64,000 nucleotides of DNA from Macrostomum hystrix. Taxonomy: Eukaryota > Animalia > Platyhelminthes. Both the position numbers and the translations under genes were made by a program. The notes below the pieces were generated by a model. It ran no database searches. It worked only from the letters and a program-made list of their open reading frames with translations, and had not been told where the DNA came from. The stretch lies in contig CATNEN010000039.1 of the NCBI GenBank assembly GCA_950097015.1, positions 8,246,001 through 8,310,000 on the forward strand, written 5' to 3'. Positions 13,800 through 23,768 of the stretch are shown here, in pieces. Every line of letters begins with the position of its first letter. The first letter of the stretch is position 1.

Positions 13800-16700
13800 T
13801 CAAATCGAGGTCGCTCGTTCCTGCTCAGCTGTCGTCGACGCACCCACGCCAAGATCTCTGCTATCGCCGTCCTCGTCTTCCTCTTCGCTGCTGTCGCCGC
13901 CGCTGACGCAGATGGCAGCCCGAACCCTCAGCCGCGTGAGCACCAGAGCCCGCTTATTGGTGTCCATCAGCTGCAGCATCCAGGCGGGAAGGAGCAGGCG
14001 AGTCACCTGCCGGCGGGCCGTTTCAAACTGGTGAACAATGTAGGCCACGAGCATGGCCTGCCTGAATTCCACCGTCTCCTGCAGCAGCGCAATCTGCTGC
14101 GTCAGGATGGCTACGCCGAAGTTCAAAGTGAACACAGCCACGCACAGGTACACAATGGCCTGCGGCCAAAGGATCAGGTAGTCGCTGAGACCGCGAAACT
14201 CCGTCAGGCCGAATGTGTAGCGAAATGTGCGGATCAGATAGTCGGGTACGCAGCCCCAGCGGCTGCACTCGGTCTGGCGAGGCAATTCAAGGGATTCACT
14301 GTCTTCATGGCAGAGATTAAATTTGGAAAAAAATGTAGCCTAGTGGTTAGAGTGTCGGAGGTTCGATTCCTGACTCAAGTGGAACAATTTGTGTCCTTTA
14401 GCAAGGCACAACATTGAACTGGTAAATTGGTACCAGCATCAGCTGAGGTAAATGAGGGTGGGTGTGGCGTCCCTCCAGTCCGTGGACTAAGCAGCTGTAC
14501 ACTGCCTTTAATAAAAATAGCTGCGGCTATGCTGTAGGCTGCACATTTAGGATTTTGCACTGAAGGATCAGGGACTGAGGACAACACACTGATGGATCGG
14601 GGACTGAGGTCAACACACTTAAGGATCAGGGACTGAGGACAACACACTGAAGGATCGGGGACTGAGGTCAACACACTGAAGGATCGGGGACTGAGGTCAA
14701 CACACTGATGGATCGGGGACTGAGGTCAACACACTTAAGGATCAGGGACTGAGGACAACACACTGATGGATCGGGGACTGAGGTCAACACACTGATGGAT
14801 CGGGGACTGAGGTCAACACACTGATGGATCGGGGACTGAGGTCAACACACTGATGGATCAGGGACTGAGGACAACACACTGATGGATCGGGGACTGAGGT
14901 CAACACACTGATGGATCGGGGACTGAGGTCAACACACTGATGGATCGGGGACTGAGGTCAACACACTGATGGATCAGGGACTGAGGACAACACACTGATG
15001 GATCAGGGACTGAGGTCAACACACTGATGGATCAGGGACTGAGGACAACACACTGATGGATCAGGGACTGAGGTCAACACACTGATGGATCAGGGACTGA
15101 GGACAACACACTGATGGATCGGGGACTGAGGTCAACACACTGATGGATCAGGGACTGAGGACAACACACTGATGGATCGGGGACTGAGGTCAACACACTG
15201 ATGGATCGGGGACTGAGGTCAACACACTGATGGATCAGGGACTGAGGACAACACACTGATGGATCAGGGACTGAGGACAACACACTGATGGATCGGGGAC
15301 TGAGGTCAACGCACTGAAGTATCGGGGATTGAGAGGTCAACACACTGATGGATCGGGGACTGAAGGTCAACACACTGATGGATCGGGGACTGAAGGTCAA
15401 CACACTGAAGTATCGGGGACTAAAGGTCAAGACACTGAAGTATCGGGGACTGAAGGTCAACACACTGAAGTATCGGGGACTGAAGGTCAACACACTGAAG
15501 TATCGGGGACTAAAGGTCAAGACACTGAAGTATTGGGGACTGAGGTCAACGCACTGAAGTATCGGGGATTGAGAGGTCAACACACTAGGAACCGATCGGT
15601 GTAAGAGTACATCTGACAAAGTTCAAGTCACTCAAGCCATAAGCAGGTGCAGAGTTAGATTTTCACCTGGATGTACGGCTGGCTTAGGAGCAAGGTGCAA
15701 CCGACAAGAATTATAGGCGCGCAGATCAGGTACACCATCCTAGTTGAAGCATTCAGGCAGTACATGACATAGAACATGATACGCTTGTACTGGGCCATGT
15801 CGCACACCAGCACTAACAGCATCACCAGCATGTAGATGCAGTTGACAACCATAGCAATCTGCAGCCTGGTGCCGTCCACATAGACAATTCCGCTGTCTTC
15901 CACTTCGTGATAGCTGGCTTCGGCATCGAGAAAGAAGAGCTGCTCCAGCACCAGCACCACCAGCTGCATGATCACAAAGCACAGCATGGTGCCGTCGAAT
16001 ACGTCGTGCTTCATCGTGATGGCGCCGAGCAGCCAGCGCGCGCCCAACCAATTGCGGCGCGCCGATCTGTAATTAAGAATACTACGCAGTCCAATTTGGC
16101 AAGGACTTAGCAAGGATACTATATTTACCACTAAGTTAATGAAATACCACTGTAAATAATAAATTATTATTATTATTATAAATGCAGGAGGGCTGCCGGC
16201 AATGGTACATCATTTGGTGACACTAGACCCGCAGCCAGCGAGGAGGCAATTCTGCACCCATTTCGCTGACTCCTGAGCACAAACTCACATAGATACTGTA
16301 CGCAGGCACACGCTCTCTTGTTTAATCTCTCCTGTGCTTAATCTCTCTTCCGTGTCATCTCTCCCTGTCTCATCTCTTCCTTGTATCATCTCTCCCTGTC
16401 ACATCTCTTCCCTGTCTCATCTCTCCCTGTCACATCTCTCCCTGTCACATCTCTCCCTGTCACATCTCTTCCTTGTCTCATCTCTTCCTTGTCTCATCTC
16501 TTCCTTGTCTCATCTCTTCCCTGTCTCATCTCTTCCCTGTCTCATCTCTCCCCTGTCTCATCTCTCCGTGTCTCATCTCTCCCTGTCTCATCTCTCCCTG
16601 TCTCATCGCTCCCCTGTCTCATCTCTCCCCTGTCTCATCTTTTCCCTGTCTCATCTCTCCCCTGTCTCATCTCTCCGTGTCTCATCTCTCCCTGTCTCAT

Positions 16701-19125
16701 CTCTTCCCTGGAAACAGACAAACTGTTCCCTGGACTGAGACCCTCGGTTAGATTAAAAAGTTTTAGCCACAATGAGAATCGCATGCAGTTGACCTGTGCA
16801 GGCTGTAGTGATTGATGAATTTCATACAGGTCCAGCCGCCCCAGCCCAGAAAGATGCAGATCTGCAGTGTTAGGCGGATGTAAAACACGTAGCGAAATCC
16901 GTTTAAAGTCTCCGGCGATAGCAGCCTCAGGTAGGAAACAAGCGAGCTGCTCAGATTCCTGCCGGCAATCTCCGAGTCAAGACCGGGAACTCGCACCTCG
17001 ACGCTGGCGTTGAAAGTGTCCCTGGTGAAGATGCGCACAGTCAGGGTGGACAGCAGGCTGAAGTACATGAACAGGTAGGTCAGGGCCGAGCTGAAAGCCT
17101 CTCTGTGGCGCTCAACCAGCGGCTTCAGGCTGGTGAAGTAGGCCCTGCCGACTCTGCTCTGGAAGAAGCGCAGGTGTCCCGGCGCCAGGGCTTCGCCGAG
17201 TCTCGGCTGGGCCGCATTCGTCAGCCTGAGGAATGGCGACTTCAGGAAGCGCTCGCCGCCTGGACAGACGTACGGAGTCAGGTGAATCTCCTCCACGCAC
17301 AGGCGGCTGTCGGATGGATGAGGACTGATGCGGATGAGATGGCCTGCAAGCAAGTGGAGTAGAATGGACTGCCTGTTATACTCATACAGGTAGATCAGTG
17401 CACACACCTGTTATGACCATACAGGTAGATCAGTGCACACACCTGTTATGACCATACAGGTAGATCAGTGCACACACCTGTTATGACCATACAGGTAGAT
17501 CAGTGCACACACCTGTTATAACCATACAGGTAGATCAGTGCACACACCTGTTATGACCATACAGGTAGATCAGTGCACACACCTGTTATGACCATACAGG
17601 TAGATCAGTGCACAAACCTGTTATAACCATACAGGTAGATCAGTGCACACACCTGTTATGACCATACAGGTAGATCAGTGCACACACCTGTTATGACCAT
17701 ACAGCTAGATCAGTGCACACACCTGTTATGACCATACAGCTAGATCAGTGCACACACCTGTTATAACCATACAGGTAGATCAGTGCACACACCTGTTATA
17801 ACCATACAGGTAGATCAGTGCACACACCTGTTATGACCATACAGCTAGATCAGTGCACACACCTGTTATGACCATACAGCTAGATCAGTGCACACCCCTG
17901 TTATGACCATACAGGTAGATCAGTGCACAAACCTGTTATAACCATACAGGTAGATCAGTGTACACACCTGTTATGACCATACAGCTAGATCAGTGCACAC
18001 CCCTGTTATGACCATACAGGTAGATCAGTGCACAAACCTGTTATAACCATACAGGTAGATCAGTGCACACACCTGTTATAACCATACAGGTAGATCAGTG
18101 CACACACCTTGGAGGTTGGCCCTCAAGGGCGTAAATTGCATGACAAGCCCCAAAGCCTTCTCTCCGCGGCTGCGCCCCAAATAAATGTGGCCTGACCGCG
18201 GAATCGAGCTCAGGGACCTTGGTGCGAGAGGCAAACGCGTTAACCGCTCTGCCACTCAACCCTACACCACCTGTTTTTATCATCCAGGTTGATCAGTGCA
18301 CTAAATTGCATCTCTTTGGCTGGGACTCGAACTCATGACCTCCCATTCAAAAATCCGAAGCTCCAATTATTGGGCTAATATCGCTGCAGACCCAATCGAT
18401 CCGTTTTTACCTGGCGCATTGGCAAACGCATCAACCAGATGGAAGAGGTCCCAGGTGGCGGCGAATTCCACCGGCCGCAGCGCCTCCGCGGTGGCCTCCT
18501 CAACCAGAAGGCGGGCGCAGAAGGCGCCGTGTCGCCGAGCCAGCTCGGTGAAAAGCCGGGCCAGCCGCCGCTGCCGGGCCGGCAGCTGGGGGCAGCAGCA
18601 GAGGTCCGCCAGGCCGAACAATGCGCAGCGAACTCCCGGCCACAGACTGTCGTCTGGCCGGGCCTCCACCAGCCGGACAGTCCGGGCCGTCAGCTCCCAA
18701 TCGCCGGTCAGCAGGATCTGAACGAAGACAGTCAGCTCGAGCTCGTCGTCAGCGCTGATCGCCTTCTGTATTCGCATCGGCCTCAGCCGAGTGTACCGAC
18801 AGTCAGCGTCAGTGCCGCGATGGTCAAGCAGCAGCAGCTCTGGTCGACGCTCCAGTGCCTCAGCGAACTCCGCCAGCTTGCCTGCGTACAACAGCTGCAT
18901 CGCGTCAGTGTCCTCGCTGGAGAGTGAAGGCTTCGACTGGCAGATGGTCGGCGAGCAAGTCGACGAGGACAGCTCCAGATCCAGCACCGCCATGAGTTCC
19001 TCAGATTTTTTGGCCATTTCTACTTTGGCGGCAGCTCGCGCCTCAGACAGGGGTCGGACACCGGCGGAGTAGTACTTTGAGTACATGCGGCGTACAGGCC
19101 GAGAGCTCAGAGTTAATTTTACCAT
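13800..19125 (-). CDS. Highly divergent TRPV-like 6-TM cation channel (~738 aa)
   Basis: Exons 19125-18411, 18319-18271 (49 nt, inferred to reconcile phases), 17372-16794, 16066-15667, 14273-13800. Ankyrin-like LRPVEFAA and LINLDDKNRQSILLHLL; several hydrophobic TM segments; pore helix/filter-like RTFRYTFGLTEF; S6-like VAVFTLNFGVAILTQQI; TRP-helix-like FRQAMLVAYIVHQFE. Start codon uncertain. Confidence 0.68.
14334..14550 (+). mobile_element. SINE family A, internally deleted copy
   Basis: TGTAGCCTAGTGG..GTTCGATTCCTGACTC..GTGTCCTTTAGCAAG..GGTACCAGCATCAGCTG..GTCCGTGGACT matches the copy at 9699. Confidence 0.85.
14559..15587. repeat. 29/30-bp minisatellite (CACACTGATGGATCGGGGACTGAGGTCAA)
   Basis: Tandem units in channel-gene intron 4. 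Confidence 0.96.
16160..16315 (-). mobile_element. SINE family B, 3' portion
   Basis: Reverse complement of ~10227-10376 (CCTGCGTACAGTATC..GCCCTCCTGCA). Confidence 0.8.
16326..16710. repeat. Pyrimidine-rich ~16-17-bp minisatellite (CCTGTCTCATCTCTCC)
   Basis: Tandem units. Confidence 0.92.
17373..18110. repeat. 35-bp minisatellite (CACACACCTGTTATGACCATACAGGTAGATCAGTG) homologous to the adjacent exon end
   Basis: About 21 tandem copies; 28/33 identity to 18268-18300. Confidence 0.95.
18108..18262 (-). mobile_element. SINE family B, 5' portion
   Basis: Reverse complement matches ~10046-10193 (TGGCAGAGCGGTTAACGCGTTTGCCTCTCGCACCAAGGTCCCTGAG..). Confidence 0.85.
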
Positions 19126-19450
19126 ATGAGCTCCTCTGTGTGCCGCAATTTTAGTGCTTTTGTAGACCAACGCAAGGCCATAGCATTAGTGAAGGTAATC
19201 AGTTAATGAAATGTGACATCCCCAGTAATTTAATTGCATGCCAATTATACACCAATGCGTAGAATCACAATAACCCGGCCAAATTCACTAATCTGCAAGA
19301 TAAAAAAGGCCGATTGGAACTGTTCCCCGCTCGATGCCAGAGATCTGTCACCTGACACAAATTGTGCGCTCGAGTTGAATGCTTAATTAGCGTATTGATG
19401 AATTGCTACTGCTAGGTGAGTTTATTTCTTCAGATCATGTAACTTAGGCC

Positions 19451-21195
19451 TAACTGGAGTGTCTAACACACCAACTGAAATATCTAACACTCTAACTCGA
19501 ATGTCTAACACACTAGCTGGAATGTCTAACAGACAAACTGGAATGTCTAACACACTAACTGGAGTGTCTAACACACCAACTGGAATATCTAACACTCTAA
19601 CTGGAATGTCTAACACACTAGCTAGAATGTCTAACACTCTAACTGGAATGTCTAACAGACAAACTGGAATGTCTAACACACTAAATGGAATGTCTAACAC
19701 TCTAACTGGAATGTCTTACACACTAGCTGGAATGTCTAACACACTAGCTAGAATGTCTAACACTCTAACTGGAATGTCTAACAGACAAACTGGAATGTCT
19801 AACACACTAAATGGAATGTCTAACACTCTAACTGGAATGTCTTACACACTAGCTGGAATGTCTAACACACTAGCTAGAATGTCTAACACACTAGCTGGAA
19901 TGTCTAACAGACAAACTGGAATGTCTAACACTCTAACTCGAATGTCTAACACACTAGCTGGAATGTCTAACAGACAAACTGGAATGTCTAACACACTAAC
20001 TGGAGTGTCTAACACACCAACTGGAATATCTAACACTCTAACTGGAATGTCTAACACACTAGCTAGAATGTCTTACACTCTAACTGGAATGTCTAACACT
20101 CTAACTGGAATGTCTAACAGACAAACTGGAATGTCTAACACTCTAACTGGAATGTCTAACAGACAAACTGGAATGTCTAACACACTAAATGGAATGTCTA
20201 ACACTCTAACTGGAATGTCTTACACACTAGCTGGAATGTCTAACACACTAGCTAGAATGTCTAACACTCTAACTGGAATGTCTAACAGACAAACTGGAAT
20301 GTCTAACACACGAAATGGAATGTCTAACACACTAGCTGGAATGTCTAACACTCTAACTGGAATGTCTTACACACTAGCTGGAATGTCTAACACACTAGCT
20401 AGAATGTCTAACACACTAGCTGGAATGTCTAACAGACAAACTGGAATGTCTAACAGACAAACTGGAATGTCTAACAGACTAACTGGAATGTCTAACACAC
20501 TAACTGGAATGTCTTACACACTAACTAGAATGTCTAACACACTAACTGGAATGTCTAACACACTAACTGGTATGTCTAACACACTAGCTGGAATGTCTAA
20601 CACACTCACTGGAATGTCTAACACACTAACTGGAATGTCCACTAACTGGAATGTCTTACAAACTAACTGGAATGTCTAACACACTAACTGGAATGTCTAA
20701 CACACTAACTGGAATGTCTTACACACTAACTGGAATGTCTAACAGACTAACTGGAATGTCTAACACACTAACTGGAATGTCTTACACACTAACTGGAATG
20801 TCTTACACACTAACTGGAATGTCTAACACACTAACTGGAATGTCTAACACACTAACTGGAATGTCTAACACACTAACTGGAATGTCTAACACACTAACTG
20901 GAATGTCTAACACACTAACTGGAATGTCTAACACACTAACTGGAATGTCTAACACACTAACTGGAATGTCTAACAGACTAACTGGAATGTCTTAGACACT
21001 AACTGGAATGTCTAACACACTAACTGGAATGTCTAACACACTAACTGGAATGTCTAACAGACTAACTGGAATGTCTAACACACTAACTGGAATGTCTAAC
21101 ACACTAACTGGAATGTCTAACACACTAACTGGAATGTCTAAGTCTAACACACTAACTGGAATGTCTAAAACACTAACTGGAATGTCTAACAGACT
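19451..21195. repeat. 21-bp minisatellite (ACTAACTGGAATGTCTAACAC)
   Basis: About 80 tandem units, intergenic. Confidence 0.97.
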
Positions 21196-21789
21196 TTTTT
21201 AGTGAAGCCATGAAAATAAGCAGAACTGAAAACGCGGCAAATCAGAAAGTAAGGCCTCACAAACACGGCGACAATGAGTGCGCGAGGCGGACAACAAAAC
21301 AAAGCGGGGAAAATGCCACAAAATCCAGCCTTGCCCGTTTCACTTGGCCTGGCTGTGAAGATAAAAGTTTATGGACAAAAAACGGTTTATTTGTTAATTT
21401 TGCAATTCCCATGCGAATACGCAATATGCAATTAACAACATTGTGGCGTAGAATTTGATTTCTAGATATTGGCCTAGATAATTGAAGCTAAGAACATCTG
21501 AAAACACGCTACACTAAGCCGGAGCCGTATCCGGAGATCAGGCAGGATTACAGCTATAGTTGCCACACGGGAGCTAGCTAATGCAGCAATATTTACAGCT
21601 GGATTAACACTAACTCGCATTAGGACGATGCTGCAGCTAGAGCACGGGTCAGACAACAGAAATGCGACACACTGGCGCTTGCAGATGGGGTAGCTGGACC
21701 TGGGGTGGGCAGATGGAGAAGCGGAGAGCGAAATCTATAGAAGGGGAAGAGAGTCGTGCGATGGTGAAGCCGTGAATGGCGATTTTAAA

Positions 21790-21985
21790 AGGGGAAGAGC
21801 GGAGAGTGAAGAGCGGAGGAGGAAGAGTGGAGTGGAAGAGAGGAGTGGTAGAGTGGAGGGGAAGAGCGGAGGGGGGAGCAGAGGGGGAAGAGTGGAGGGG
21901 AAAGAGCGGAAGGGAAGAGCGGAGGGGGAAGAGCGGAAGGGAAGAGCGGAGGGGGAAGAGCGGAGCGGGAGTGGGAGGAGAGAGA
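21790..21985. repeat. Purine-rich degenerate repeat (GGAAGAGCGGAGG)
   Basis: Short tandem units. Confidence 0.8.
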
Positions 21986-22559
21986 TAAGGAAGCAGAAAC
22001 TGAGACATTCAAAGCCAAAGCGCAGAGAATTCACAAGGCAGAGATGAAGAAGAAAAAAAGCAAAAAACTGACAGTAAACTCAGCAAGCAGCTTATCTAAG
22101 TTGTAGCTGTGCGTGAACAATGTGAGAACAATAGCACAAAAAATCGACAAATAAAGCCTATTGTTAATATTTACAACAATTATGCTATCTAATAAGTATA
22201 AACTTTATATACTTGCTCAACAACAAAACTTGCAACAACTTTATAAGGGAAAAAGGCAAACAGCAAAACTAAAAAATATATTTGGGCTTTAGACAATATA
22301 AGACAACTAGACAAACGCTAACACTGAATAGAAAACAATTAAAAAACCGGTTTGAAAAAACTATTTTGTTCGACTTGGGACAGTGGAGATACGCGCTTGA
22401 AACAGTTAAAGGTATTAGTCGGCATCCTTAATGCTGATAGATATGGGAAATACTGTTTGGAACGCACAGGGATCTAGCTGTCGTGTAAGCCCTTTGCAAA
22501 CGAAATTTACACTGCTCTAAATTTACATTTTACATTCTTATAGAACTAATAATCAACCC

Positions 22560-23545
22560 CCTATCCACTGTGCGCACATAATGTAAATTGTTCTATTTAT
22601 AGATCCCATTCCTTCCCCCTACCCGCTGTGCAAAAGTAGTGCACATTGTTTTATTTAGAGGAAAAAATTCCATCACATACCCACTGTGCGGACGGAGAGT
22701 ACATTGTTCTATTTATAGATCTGATTCTTTCCCCCTACCCGCTGTGCAAACGTAGTGCACATTGTTTTATTTAGAGAAAAAAATTCCATCACATACCGAC
22801 TGTGCGGACGGAGAGTACATTGTTCTATTTATAGATCTGATTCCTTCCCCCTACCCGCTGTGCAAACGTAGTGCACATTGTTTTATTTAGAGAAAAAAAT
22901 TCCATCACATACCCACTGTGCGGACGGAGAGTACATTGTTCTATTTATAGATCTGATTCTTTCCCCCTACCCGCTGTGCAAACGTAGTGCACATTGTTTT
23001 ATTTAGAGAAAAAAATTCCATCACATACCGACTGTGCGGACGGAGAGTACATTGTTCTATTTATAGATCTGATTCCTTCCCCCTACCCGCTGTGCAAACG
23101 TAGTGCACATTGTTTTATTTAGAGAAAAAAATTCCATCACATACCCACTGTGCGGACGGAGAGTACATTGTTCTATTTATAGATCTGATTCCTTCCCCCT
23201 ACCCGCTGTGCAAACGTAGTGCACATTGTTTTATTTAGAGAAAAAAATTCCATCACATACCGACTGTGCGGACGGAGAGTACATTGTTCTATTTATAGAT
23301 CTGATTCCTTCCCCCTACCCGCTGTGCAAACGTAGTGCACATTGTTTTATTTAGAGAAAAAAATTCCATCACATACCCACTGTGCGGACGGAGAGTACAT
23401 TGTTCTATTTATAGATCTGATTCCTTCCCCCTACCCGCTGTGCAAACGTAGTGCACATTGTTTTATTTAGAGAAAAAAATTCCATCACATACCCACTGTG
23501 CGGACGGAGAGTACATTGTTCTATTTATAGATCTCATTCCTTCCA
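22560..23545. repeat. 116-bp satellite (~8 copies, dimer of ~58-bp subunits) downstream of the SOS stop codon
   Basis: GCTGTGCAAACGTAGTGCAC recurs at 22741, 22857, 22973 and onward; both halves share ACATTGTT.TATTTA.AGA. Confidence 0.95.
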
Positions 23546-23768
23546 CTACTGACAGTCCAGTCCCTGTATATCGATGTTCCATTCATCAAACAAATTTTTT
23601 GGTGCTACATTTTGTTTGATTTTTATAACGACTACTTTCCGACTGAGAGTTATCCGTAACAGTTGAGGGAATGCAAATGAGCTAATTGGAGCGAAATATT
23701 AGCAAACACAACAATTTGAGTTAAACTATTAAAGGCCGAAGAAACGAGAGAAGTGAACTAGCCGGATT

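Noticed and set aside
16160-18262. A single SINE split by capture of channel exon 3 (5' half at 18108-18262, 3' half at 16160-16315)
   Set aside because: Partial copies of this family are common in the window; two independent truncated insertions are simpler, and no TSD links them
19459-21202. Long ORFs (406 aa etc.) of MSNTLTG repeats
   Set aside because: Artefact of a 21-bp stop-free minisatellite; frameshifts within the array and no unique coding flanks
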